NCBI RefSeq assembly: GCF_964355755.1
Contig: NC_092672.1
Span: 25,612,437-25,676,436 of the forward strand
DNA: 64,000 bases
Direction: 5' to 3'
DNA from: Antedon mediterranea
Lineage: Eukaryota > Animalia > Echinodermata
Shown one piece after another: positions 25,501 to 38,100 of the stretch (within the stretch, counting starts at the first letter, position 1; each line of letters opens with the position of its first letter). A program made the translations under genes and the position numbers. The notes under the pieces are model-generated. The model saw only the letters and a program-made list of their open reading frames with translations. It ran no database searches and had not been told where the DNA came from.

Positions 25501-28500
25501 TATGAACGTCAGCTTTTTAAAAAATGTTACTTTTAGGCAACATGATGCTGTTGACCCAAAATTGGAGCGCTGCCTTTTTGAATGATCTAGCTTCCTGGCC
25601 TTATTGAAGATGGATTAATTGTAGGTGTGTTATAAAACAAATAATGAATGTTTTATATTTTCCCAATGGAACAAATAATTTAGTTCAGTGAAAGATGGAA
25701 TGTTCACCTCATGAAATTATTTGTACCATTGCACTCATTTCTTTATTCTTGAATGACCCTACTGTACAATTACAGGTTGAGTATTGGTGTCATGTTTGTG
25801 TCAAGTTTCAAGACAGTAGACACATCTATTAAAGGGACACTTTCACGAGAAGTAATTATTTTTAACAACCCAACCCACTAACCAGGAGACATCCCTATTA
25901 ATTAAATTAACACTTGTTTTGTCCTGAACGTGTCCCTTTAAAGAAGTTCTACTATTGTTAGGTTTATCCAGTGTGTAACAAAAAAAAATAAATAAATTAA
26001 ACCTGCTTGATCTTGTGGACCAAATGCTGTACTCCAGCTTCCGAACAATTTGCAAGGCATGTTGGGATTGTCATGTACTCGCCTTAAATGATGCTCTCTG
26101 AAATACAATTGAAATCAATATTAGGCTGATATTGGATAAATGGCATATTATAATTGTAAACGACAACGACGGAAGAAATTGCAAAGCCTCCTCAGTGCAA
26201 GAGTACTTTAAGGCAGACATTATCTGCTTTACAATTTAAAAGTACTTATCAAAGAAAGTCATACAATGCAGAAAAAAGAAAATGCTTACGATAATTTGAT
26301 ATAATCTCCCATTCTATCAGGTTTGATGTTGTGTACTGAAAAATATTATAAAGTAAACTTTTTTGTAAAAATGTTATATATTTGTGTTTCATGTGTTTCA
26401 ACTTGCATTTAAAACTAGAGGGAGTCCCAATGCACAATTACCAAAATACCAAGACGATCTGATTGGCCAGTACAGTAGTTGAGGTCTATCAGATGTGAAA
26501 TGAGGATGGGACAAGGTACATAAGTTCAACATTTTATTTTTTAGTACCCACCACTCTTACCCTAAAACCCACTTAAAAATCCTTTATTTGCCGCTCTTGA
26601 CAATGTTTTTTATATTTAAATCATTTTTTAAATCATGTTTGCATTTCTGTTTAATTTTAAATTATACTAAATTTAATCTATATTCTAAAAGTTACCACCA
26701 CTCTCCAACATTCTGTCTGCATATATTGTATTATTTGTTGCCTTAATCTAAATTTTAAAATTTGAAAGTTATTGAGATACAGTACTATGTATCGGCACCT
26801 GGAATGTTGTGGTCGTCGACCACCACCTCTCTCAACATAATGGCAGAGGCTCATTCAATTCTTTGTTACCTTGCATTTCATAGACGACTTGCTTGTTGGC
26901 AAGAGCTCTTGAGTGTGATTCTGTAGCTGGTTCAACTCTCTTTACGTGCAGTAACTTGCTCAGCCATCCCTCTTTTGGAGATCCATCACTCCCAGATGCA
27001 AAGTTTCTATGTTTGTTTGAATAAAAAAAATACATTAAAATTATATTTCAAACCTATTATTGATTCAAACATATGATCTGTAGTCCAACGTCCAACACTC
27101 TAGGTGCTAGGTCTAGTAATAATATTTATCTGTTTATTATTTTTTTAATTCCTTTAGGCACATGGCCAAGGATTACCAATAGTAATTTAATTACTGTCTT
27201 ATCAGATAGGTTGTATTCTCCCCTGAGACAGGGGCTTTTCTGAACCAGTTCACCAGGGTAAACCCTACTCTTCTTGAATGATTAACTGGATTCTTTAAAG
27301 TGCATATGAGCAAACTATGTACAGTGGACATACAGTTTAGTCCTTAACCTTATCCAAGAAGGCGTGTTCCACCACCAGAATTAGGTCTGTTTTAATGTAA
27401 AGATCTGGTAGCCAGTTTGGCATTTATATCTGGGCTATCCTCACTTCATTCACCTCTGACTCAAACCATATACAGTTCAGGTACAACATATTTATTATTT
27501 AACGATAGGGTAGGATGGTGTGCCTTGTGCATTTATTAAATCATAATAATATAATTAAATCTCAATATGTTATGATTCTGTAATGATTTTGGGGTAGAAG
27601 GAACAGATAGAGGACGGCAGATGGAGGCAGAGTAGGCAGGAAGAGTAGCAGAGAACGGACGCGAGAAAAAGGGCAGAGAGGGATTGGAGAAGGAAGGCAA
27701 TGGAGGGTTACCTCAAGCTGCGTTAAAAAGGAGGGAGAGATTGGAGCTGGAAAAGCGGAGAAGCAAGGAGAAGACGTGTTAAATAAGTAGGGACATTAGA
27801 GAAATTGGAAAACAAAGTGTAGAGAAGATTAGAGAAAAGAAAGAGAAAATTAGAGTTGAATAATAAAAGGAAAGTTAAGACACAGCAAGTAAAGTTAGCC
27901 GGAGGGTACAGCCTACCACTTGTGCTACTGTTGGAGACATAGCGAGCCGGAGGTTGCGCCTACTGTACTGGTTGTATCAATATTTGAGACATAGCTGAGC
28001 CGGAGGTTGCACCTACTGGTTGTGTTACTGCTTGAGATAGTTAGCCCGTGGTACACCCTGTGGTTGTGATACTGCTTTGCTGGTGGGTACACCTGTTAGC
28101 CAGTGGTTAAGACTACTGGTGGTTACCCTGTTAGCCGGTACGTGGTTACGCCATTGTTGGTGGATACGTTGCTGTTGGAGGTTACACCATCGTTGGTGGT
28201 TACGTTGCTGTGGAGGTTACACCATTGTTGGTGGTTACGTGCTGTGGAGGTTACACATTGGTGGTGGCTACGTTGCTGTGGAGGTTACACCATTGTTGGT
28301 GGTTACGTTGCTGTGGAAGTTACACCATTGTTGGTGGTTACGTTGCTGTGGAGGTTACACCATTGTTGGTGGTTACGTTGCTGTGGAGGTTACACCATTG
28401 TTGGTGGTTACGTGCTGTGGAGGTTACACCATTGTTGGTGGTTACGTTGCTGTGGAGGGGACACCATTGTTGGTGGTTACGTGCTGTGGAGGTTACACCA

Positions 28501-29550
28501 TTGTTGGTGGTTACGTTGCTGTGGAGGTTACACCATTGTTGGTGGTTACGTTGCTGTGGAAGTTACACCATTGTTGGTGGTTACGTTGCTGTGGAGGTTA
28601 CACCATTGTTGGTGGTTACGTTGCTGTGGAGGTTACACCATTGTTGGTGGTTACGTGCTGTTGGAGGTTACACCATTGTTGGTGGTTACGTGCATGTTGG
28701 AGGTTACGCCGTTGTTGGTCGTTACGCTACTATTGGAGGTTACGTCATTACTGGTGGTTACGCTGTTGTTTCATGTCCGGCGTAATAGCAGAACTAATCT
28801 AATTAATTATTATAATCGGTTGTTACCAATAATTTGGAATCAAAGAAGAATAAAGGAGGTCATTCCAGTAATTGTAATTGATTTGTTTGTTTCATTCGAG
28901 TATACCGCAGTATCGCAGGAAAGGGAACGAACCCGAGAGAACGGATTTTCGTTACAATTCTTTTATACGAAACCTTAAGACATTATCTGCTGTGCAGGGA
29001 AGCGTAACCAACAGAAATAACAAGGTTTTCAGGGGATTTCAATTTAGGCCTAGGCCTAGCCCTACTACTATAGGCTAGTACTAGGCTAGGGCCTACTAGT
29101 ACTAGCCTAGGCCTAGCTAGTTACTATTTCTATACTAGCCTAGGAATTGATAATTAAAAAATCTTAAAGAAAAAAAAAATTACTGCAAAAAAATGTTCTT
29201 TAATAAAAAAGATTGGCCTAGCTAGGCTAGGCCTACATTACTGAATAATTAATTAAACAAAATTTGAAAAATGTTGTTGATCGCCTAAAATCCAACAACA
29301 CAGCTCGCATCTCATCCAGGGCAGTCTCCATGTTGGCTATACATCCCGCGAACCAACCAATCTTGTAGTTAGTTTAGTAGTAAATTTAGTTAGGCCTAAC
29401 CACAAGTATGCTAGCCGTAAAATCTAGTTCTTAACATTTTAATTTTATCTTCAGTTAAAAAATTTACCTTGATGCAATTATAGAACACGCTGGATTTGTC
29501 TTAACAAAGCACGATCTAATTGACCTTATTAAAGCCGAATTTAAAGCCAT
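16596..29550 (-). CDS. NIPSNAP: NipSnap family mitochondrial protein, complete, 10 coding exons, ~281 aa
   Basis: Exons 29550-29468, 27006-26870, 26335-26290, 26097-26003, 25273-25206, 24576-24436, 23691-23660, 20533-20439, 17204-17121, 16660-16596, all GT-AG and phase-consistent. Motifs [95 protein letters not shown]; Arg/Ser-rich N-terminal targeting peptide. Confidence 0.96.
18983..19106. repeat. Imperfect long hairpin (small MITE-like)
   Basis: AGCATGAGTGATGCATGATGGGA...AATAGCGCCACCA / TGGTGGCGCTATT...TCCCATCATGCATCGCTCATGCT. Confidence 0.8.
21640..22828. repeat. Minisatellite, 43-bp unit (22 copies) plus 35-bp deletion variant (6 copies)
   Basis: Unit GAAGTGATTGTATGACCTTCATGGAATGTACACATGAAATGTT; the variant lacks TACACATG; lies in NIPSNAP intron 7. 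Confidence 0.97.
23880..24099. mobile_element. MITE family CAAGGCAATC...GATTG(C/G)CTTG
   Basis: Inverted termini CAAGGCAATCTAAC / GTTAGATTGGCTTG; inverted relative to the 14591 copy. Confidence 0.7.
24262..24372. repeat. Tandem repeat ~36-38 bp x3
   Basis: AAGTCTAAATTAGGGGATGGGATTATAACCGAGCAT. Confidence 0.9.
27136..27385 (-). mobile_element. tRNA-derived SINE, 3' portion
   Basis: CTTTAGGCACATGGCCAAGGATTACCAATAG...GTTCCACCACCAGAA matches the 55275-55629 copy. Confidence 0.75.
28140..28770. repeat. Minisatellite, 34-35-bp unit
   Basis: Unit GTTACACCATTGTTGGTGGTTACGTTGCTGTGGAG, degenerating at both edges; lies in NIPSNAP intron 1. Confidence 0.95.
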
Positions 29551-30109
29551 AGTTTTGCACCTCAAAATCGACTAGCGAAAAAATAATTCACTGGCTTATT
29601 ATGAGTTGAAAGGTCAACCGATCACGACCGAACAATTTCTTCCCTATGGAACGCCATCACTGCCTTCGGCAGCAAACACTGTTTAGTTTTATCAAAGAAC
29701 ATGTTCTTTGGTATAAAGCTACTCTGTATCTACATTATCAAATTTAATGTGAAAAATGTGCCCATGGACATGATGATGTCATATCACTACCATAGGCCTA
29801 GCCTAGTTCGCAATGGTACCCTGAAGGTTCTAAACTACATTTCAAAAATTCCCCGAGTCCTGGGGTTTTTGTGGGAGGAGGTGGGGCGGGGGGGGGGGGG
29901 AGAGATGGGTGGTTTGTGATGTCATTTTTGCTTGGCCCCGGGTTGTTATCGAAATGTAAAATTATACTACAACAGTTTTACAGTATTTGAATTATCCTCA
30001 GCAAGGCGTTTGGGGAAATATATAGATATATAGATATATTCAGGTTGAAATTATCAGACCGTTAGGATAGAGTGCTCAATACCAAGGTAGAGCATAAATA
30101 AATAAATAA

Positions 30110-30540
30110 AATAACAGCAGAAAACTTGGTTACTTCATTGTTTTAATCACTACAACTTTGTTTTGTACGACCAGCATGTAGCTGGCCGCACTCTTCAGGT
30201 GAAATATAAAACATAAGTGACACAGTTGTCTCATAGTGCTTAATAGAAGTGAGTCATCAGGAAGTCGTATACAATAGCCTATTGTTTTAGATAAACTATT
30301 TGGATCTGCAATTTAGTAAGAATTTTTTCCTATGTCCACAAGTAGAGAATAACTCGTTCTTACGGTTCAGTGAGCATAGCTCTGGTTGACATATAATAAT
30401 ATACTTTTCATATATACATAAATTACATCTTTTGTTAATATTTGAGTAAGGTTTGCATTTCTTTATAATTTTGCATTTAATTGAGTAGTTTGTTTTAGAG
30501 TCTTTAAGTGTCCATATATATTTACTGAGTTCCGTTGATA
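30110..30540 (-). mobile_element. Penelope-like retroelement 3' fragment
   Basis: Met-less open frame 30538-30296: STELSKYIWTLKD...KIIKKCKPYSNINKRCNLCIYEKYIIICQPELCSLNRKNELFSTCGHRKKFLL, a typical PLE GIY-YIG C-terminus, followed by hammerhead-like motifs. Confidence 0.85.
30147..30202 (-). ncRNA. Minimal type I hammerhead ribozyme motif (core G12>A)
   Basis: UCAC-CUGAAGA-[GUGCGGCCAGC uacau GCUGGUCGUAC]-AAAA-CAAAGUUG-UA-GUGA; stem I UCAC/GUGA and an 11-bp stem II. Confidence 0.7.
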
Positions 30541-32399
30541 TAGATATACATATTTTTTAATCATTAACCAATATGACGCCTATTCATTTACACATTTAGC
30601 AAAGTATTTTAACCATATCCAGCTATGTATCGGTCTCTTGGATTGTCTAACAGACATCCATTCCTGTCTGAACATATACACGTTCTTTACTGTTACTGTG
30701 TTCTACTACTATATTTGAACATCATCCGCCATCTGGGATCCGAATTAGGGGCGGAGATGGTGGGTATCAAAATGATTGCAATTGTACCGGGAAGGTTTTA
30801 AACTACATTAAAAAAATTCCAGGGATTTAGTAGGAGAGGGTGAGGGAAGATAGTGTGTGAGAGTTGGGGTTCAGAGGATAGTGGGGATTTTGCTTGCTAC
30901 GGGTGGTAGGTTCTCAAATTGTGGTAGGAAAATTGTAAAAGTATTTAAATTATCACTGGGAAGGGGCGCGCAGGGAGTTTGGTGTGGGGATGTAGGCCTA
31001 TCGCCATGACTGAAACTGTACTGAGAATGTTTTAAACTACATTTGAAAACTGCCACTGAGGGATTATGGGTTGAGAGTGATGGCTAACATTATTAGCACT
31101 GGAACCGTCTAAACACATCACCCAGTATCTGGGGTGTGTTCAGGGAGGAGGGGGAGAAGGGGGAGAGGAAATACTGGCGTAATGAGAAGTATATGATTGG
31201 AATTGTACTAGGAAAAGTTACTACATTTGAACTGTCCCGGGGTAGAGTTAAGGTTTGTTAATTTTGGCTGGGATGGTTAGAGAAGAAAAAAAGCTGGGGG
31301 AAGCAGTACCAAAATTAGATATTTTAATTATCAGCCAATATGACACTTATTTATTTACACAGTTTTCAACGTACTTAAACCATAGGCCTATCTTAGCAGC
31401 TATGTACCACTCTCATTTTGAAGCTGAAAGTAGTCCTGGGAAGAATTTGTTTAAAAAAAAAAAGAGGGTGGTGTGTTATTGAAGATGGGTGGGGGTTCGT
31501 GAGTATAGGGAGATACTGAAGTCTGGTGTTATGTACTGAGAAGGCTTTAAACCAATTTTGAAACCCGCACTGGGGCGGGTATAATTGCTAGTGTGACAAT
31601 AAATTGAATCTTGAATATCAGTTATCCGTGACTTTAACCCAACAATTTCGTAACTGTACTGCTCAGTATAATTGAATAAACGGCGTTCACAAATTTTATA
31701 TATAATGGCTCTGTATCAATGATAATATAGCCGAAGGCTTACTAACGACAGATTCAGATTTTAATAAACATTAATTAAGATGGTCATTACAAACAATATA
31801 TAACAAACAATCCGGGTATGAAGCGACTCAAATACACAGAGAGCCAAAATATTACCTTGGACTTGCACTATGTATGGACTCTAACCTTACGGTTTTCATT
31901 ATATATATCATTCCATCCTATCCATTCTAAACACCCTTTTTTCAAGCTTTTGCATTCTTCGTTTTCATCTCATCCATTTTTTTCTTGGTGAAAAGGGAAG
32001 ATTCTTTATATTCTTCCCCAGAGTTTATAGCCTCTCTACCCAGACAACGGACACGAACAGAACAAAACAACAATAATAACTTTTTCATAAGTACGTTTTT
32101 TTTAAATCAATTTTTATCGTCAGTTTACTGCCATCGACATATTTTAATTAAATGTATTTTTAAAAATGTAGGCCTATATGAATGTAAATGTGGTTACTTC
32201 TTAACATCAAAATAATCTTAGTCTTATCTATATACTGTTCAAAAGATATTTATTTTTTTTTAACAATGTACCTTATAAATAAGAGAATTATATAAATGTG
32301 CATATATACATATATTATTTATATTTATAGAACTATAATAAAAGTGGGACGAACCCACACAAGACAAAAAAAAATATATAACAAACAATATTTTAAAAA

Positions 32400-33809
32400 T
32401 AAACAATAATCAACAATTTATATAAGACCATCTTAGGGATCAAAATTAGAAGTAAAACGTGTCTCACAATGACCCCTAAAATAATAATTAAAACAAAATA
32501 AGAACGGTACCGTATAAATATACACATAGGCCAACAACGCATAAAATAATATTTCATAATACAATGCGCAACATAATTAGTAGGTTTGGTAACAAGATAA
32601 ATAAAGTGTTTATATATGCTTTCTGAGTTTACAGTGTATAAATGAATTATGGTAGTTGTATCTAGAATATTCCAATACATTGGTCATAAATAAGTAATAA
32701 AAAACTGGCTTTTTTGTGAGTTTAACAAATGGAACATATAATAATTTATGCGGATTTCTTATGTTAAATAGGTATGGTCTAAATAAACGATTTGAAAATA
32801 ACATTGACACAGACTTTGGTAGTAAACCAATAACATATTCAAACATAAAAGAAGTAACTTGAAGTTTATAAAGGTCAAATATTTTAAAGTTTTTAAACAA
32901 AGGTTCTGATGCAGTTTAGATGGTTCAAATTAAGTTTAATATTCGAACAACACGTTTTTGTAAAATGAAAATTCTATGTAAATTTGAAGGGTAAATTAGC
33001 TGCCCAGATAATATTGAAATATAATAGTTTTCATTAATTAAAATTCCAAGAAATAAAGTTTCGGTGTTTTGGTCCAGATTTCACACCCATTTAGAACAAC
33101 TTGAATGTCTTTGTTACTTAATCTATGCCTGTTACGATGGGGTGAAATATAATGAAATTTGTTTTTGAAGTATTTATCAATAATTTATTAGAAGAGAACC
33201 AATTTTCAATCGTATTTAATTCTAAATTAACGGTATTTAGTAATAAATCAATATTTTTGTTTGAATAAAATAAAGTGGTATCATCGGCAAAGGAAATAAT
33301 ATTCAGTGTATCACTTACAAAGGTTAAGTCATTTACGTAAATAAGAAATAATAAGGGTCAAAGGACCCACCCACCCCTGTGGTACACCACCTGGAACGTT
33401 CTTTTCCGATGATTTCAGTTACCAATCTCTACATATTGTCATACGGTTTCTAAGGTAACCCCTAATGCAATAACGTAAAAGTTTTGAAAGTAAAATATCA
33501 TGATTAACAACATCAAAGGCTTTGGATAGATCAAGAAAATTCTTTACAAAATTCTTTTTTTCTAATGCATTGATTAATTGAATGTATAAGTTCAAGAAAG
33601 CGTGACAGGTAGAGTGTTTTTACGCGAAAACCATATTGATGATTATTTAGGATGTTATGTTTAGTTAAATATGCATAAAGACGAGTATGCATTAATTTTT
33701 CTATTATTTTTTAGAGAATGTGGAGGAGAACGGAAATCATATAATAATATATAATATATAATTATATAATTGTTAAGTAAATTTGCATTTCCCTGTTTAA
33801 ACTGGGACC
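32400..33809 (-). mobile_element. Degraded LINE (CR1/L2-type) ORF2, 3' part
   Basis: Broken RT motifs GVPQG (~33380), SFADDTTLF (~33285) and FKNFKIFDLYKLQV (~32890); many stops and frameshifts. Confidence 0.85.
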
Positions 33810-34451
33810 AGTAGTATATGTAGGACTTCAGGCCGTAATGTACCCCCCAGGGCATATTTCATATTTCTATTGTTTAATTTCCAGGTATTGTAATAATAAT
33901 TAGTGAAAGGTCACTCTTTGTACCAGACCCGAATGGAATGTCATACCCCCAGGGTATATTTCATAGTTTCTATTGTTTAATTTCCAGGTATTGTATTAAT
34001 AATTAGTGAAAGGTCATTCTTTGTACCAGACCCGAAAGGAATGTAATATCCCCAGGGTATATATTATATTTTCTATTGTTTAATTTCCTGTTATTGTAAT
34101 ATTAATTAGCGAAAGGTCATTCTTTGTTAGAGAAGGGGGTTTGTTATTTTGGCGGGGTTTTCGTTTTGGCCTGTGTTATATTTGTAATTAGTAAAGAATT
34201 TGTATTTTAAAAATATTATTGAAAGGTCATTCTTTGCTTGAGAAGGTTTTGTTGTTTTGACAGGTTTTTGTTGGGTACCTAGGTTATAATTCCTAATTAG
34301 TAAAGAATTTGTATTTTACAAAAATTAATGAAAGGTCATTCTTTGTTTGAGGAGTGCTATTGTTATTTTTTCGACGACTTGTCCACTGCAAAGGTTACTT
34401 TTGTATAGTATTTTCTAATTTCTTTGTTCATTGTTCTTTTTGTTTGGTACA
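33810..34451 (+). repeat. Polinton left TIR (~640 bp, with internal duplications)
   Basis: Reverse-complement match to 49454-49889, with extra ~103-bp and ~110-bp subunits. Confidence 0.9.
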
Positions 34452-35195
34452 AGGTTATAGTTTTAATGTAGATACTGTAGATTACTACATTTAAGGGTAT
34501 GCGTTGTATTATTTATTTTGTTACCTGTTTTTAAGACATGTTCAAGGAGTATGTTTGTTTTATTTATTTTGTAGCCTATACACGTTTTTAAGACTAGTTC
34601 AAGAGGGCATGTTAACATTCCTTTAACAATAAATTTGTTGTTCTTTGAACACTAGGCTACCAATGTTACCGTTCAAAATATTTCAGGGTTTCTGTGTAGG
34701 CTAGGGGGGTTTTTACGTACTTGGAACCTCTTTTAACAATCGAAAGATTGTTTTATAAAACCTATAAAAGCATCTTTACATCCAAATTATCATCTCAAAA
34801 CTCATTGATATCTGTCAGCCTGTACATCCATTCACTGCTACGGTAGTTCCTTGTACATTGCTCTTTAAAGAATATTTTCTGATTTTTCCACGTTATGTAA
34901 GTACAGTTGTTGTTATCATGGTGTAGACTTTATTTAGTATTTTGTTGTTTTTGAGGAGTTCTCTCTTGTTATAGATTTTAATAGTTCTCTCTCTCTCTCT
35001 CACTCTAGTCCACTGATTAACCGTTTTTTTTTGCTCGGAGTTGAAGATCTTTCTTTTGCTTTTTTTTTTTTGTTCATCGTTCATTCGTTTCTGTAAGTTG
35101 CTTTTTATATTTTTATTCTTAGTATTTTTTCGTTTGTTTTGTTATTTATTATCATTGTTACCCTCTTTAATTATTGTTATTGTATTGATGTATAG

Positions 35196-38100
35196 ATGGA
35201 TTCAGCAACAATCTCATTAACAGTTGAAGCAATGGAGAATCTGGTGAAGAGAATCGATTCGTACAAAAACATTAGAGAACTACTGCTCACAACAAGGGCA
35301 GATACTACATTATGGTACCTGCTGCGGGGTAGGGTAATGGAGATGGAGGACCTGAACTGGGAGTTGGTCCTGGACTGGCCTTACCCTGCATCTTCATAGG
35401 CCTTAATTTGTCGATTAATTTTTTTTTTAAATTAAATAAAGTTTACGGAGGCTTTATTTTAAATTTGTTTTTAATTTAGTGTAGTCAAAGTATTTCTGAA
35501 ACCGGTAGTCTTTCTCTTACGGATATATGTGATAACGGCATAGAGATTGTTCAAGATCTATCGGAAAGTTTATTAATTGATCACGTAGAAGTAAGTGTTT
35601 TTGTTTAATATATTTTTATCGTAATAATTTTTTCATTACCGTATATAACTCGTAGAGTAGCTTGTGTAAACGAATGTGCTTCTGCGTTTACAGTACCATC
35701 GCGTTTCCTTTCTAATTTTTTAATTTTTTTTTTCTTTAGTATGGTATTGGTGCACACACCAAATGTTTGAAAATGAGGGAATGTGGCGAGGATAGTGATT
35801 CTCAGGAGTCTTCGGTTATTGATGAGGTAACTATCATTTTATTTTCTTTGCTATTGTTGATGCTGTATTACATCGTTTATTTCTATTTCTTTACCGTTAT
35901 ACTTTTTTATTTCAGCCTGTACCGGTACAATACGGGAAAGGAGCCAACAGGAAAAGACCAAGGATAACCGAAGAAGAAGAAGTTGACGATAATGACAGCG
36001 ATGAATTGAACCTTGACGAGGTAGATTTGAGTCATTTTTGTAGTATTAACCGCTTAGCTGATAGGTTTAACCAGCGTTTTAACGCCACGATTAGCGATTT
36101 TACGGTTAAATTTTTTAATGTAGACCATTTAAGTTTAGAGGTGTTCCTTCCCACTCTATATAGAATTTTCGAACATGTCGTCGATAATCTTTGCATTAAC
36201 GTGCATGTCGACGATATGCTTCGGATAGTTATTCAAGCTGAGGGGTTGGATACACCTATCTCTATTCCTTTTGGTCGGAGGGCCCATCTGACAGCTGATG
36301 TTATTTTTGCAGCCATCATGAAGGTCCTTCAGTCCAAAACGGATATTTTAATTAACATCAAATTTAAGTTTAACGTTCTCCATATGAGAATGCCTAGGGG
36401 TGGGGGCTATAGAAGAAACGGTATCGACAAAATGATTAATGCTAAAAGCATAATTAAGATTAAGAATGATGGTAACGAAACTATCTGCTGCGCACGCGCA
36501 ATTGTCACGGGTATTTCTATGATCGAAGATAAAATTAATAACGTGGCTAGGTGGAATAACATTAGGAAGAGCTATGACCAGCAAAAGACAGCCGCCCTTC
36601 ATTTACTTAGAGATTCGGGGGTTAGGGAGCAAGCTTGCGGCATCGAAGAATTAAAAAAGATGCAATCCAAATTACCAAATTATCAAATTATTGTCCTTTC
36701 TAAAGACAATTTAAATTCTGTAATTTTTAGCGGCGATTATTGTAAGAAGCAGATTTATCTTTACCATCATTCTAATCATTATGATCTTATAACGACTATG
36801 ACAGGCTTTTTAAAAGTTTTTTATTTTTGTGATAGATGTTTTACAGGTTATACACACAAGTATTCTCACAAGTGTCAATACACGTGTGTACTCTGTAAGC
36901 ATCACGAATGTGACCCTTCTATTAACGTATCTGTAAATAATACTGTAGAGTGTAAAGAGTGCAATAGATTTTTTAAAAACCAGCAATGTTTCACCAATCA
37001 TAAAAAATCTCCTGATTCTAAAAAAGTTTCAGTATGTGACAAAATTAAAAATTGTACAACTTGTGATAGGATCATTCAAAAAGATCACAATTGTCAAAAC
37101 CGTTTTTGTAGAATTTGTCGGACTTTCGTTTCATACGATCATCAATGCTACATGGAACCGGTTGTAGCCCCTAAACATGCTGAAAAAAAGTTTAAGAATC
37201 AGGAGGACCAAAAAAGGGCTGTCACTAAATATTTCTTTTTTGATTTTGAATGCACGCAAGAAACTGGCGAACACAAACCAAATTTATGCGTTCTTCAAAA
37301 AACTTGTCTTAATTGTATCGATGGTGCTAATGACTCTGCCGAGTGTGACGTGTGTGGGGAGAAATCAATGACTTTTCACGGGGAGACTGCATGCGTAGAT
37401 TTCTGCAATTACATTTTTAACGAATACAAATATAATCATAACATTACGTGTATCGCTCACAACCTCCAGGGCTACGATAGTTACTTCGTGCTCGAGTACC
37501 TAAACAAAAACTGTATTGTACCAGATATTATTGCACGCGGTGGTAAACCTATTTCAATTAAGGTTAAAGAAACGAGTATCCGATTCATTGATTCCCTTTC
37601 ATTTCTACCCATGTCTCTATCCAAATTACCCAAAACTTTTGGCATCTCCGAGCTAAAAAAAGGTTACTTTCCTCATTATTTCAATACTTTAGAAAATAAA
37701 AATTACGTAGGTCCTTATCCCGATTCTTCCACCTATTCCCCCGATAAAATGACTACTTCAGGCCGAGATTCATTCTTTAAATGGTATAATCAGAAAATTG
37801 TAACTAATCAAATTTTCAATCTCCAAAAAGAACTCGTCGAGTATTGCATCAGCGATGTGGATATTCTCAGAAAGTGTTGCCTTACTTTTAGGCATCTTTT
37901 TTTTAAAGTAACTACATCGCCGAAAAACCCTCTACTCGGAGGCGTTGACCCCTTTTCAAATAATTTAATGACAATTGCCTCGGCGTGTAATCACGTCTTT
38001 TCTAGAAATTTTTTAAAACCATCCACCATCGCTTTATTTCCACCATCAGGGTATCTAACAACCGTTAACCATTCTCACTCTAGCATGGAATGGTTGTGCT

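Noticed and set aside
28077-28978. Three overlapping 191-291 aa ORFs
   Set aside because: Translations of a stop-free 34/35-bp minisatellite; the same peptides cycle through all three frames
29820-31570. Scattered AAACTACATTT...G-rich repeats
   Set aside because: Too degenerate to define a unit, ends or a family by eye
35770-35800. LxCxE Rb-binding motif in the pPolB leader (RECGEDSD)
   Set aside because: Lacks the required Leu; the resemblance is insufficient
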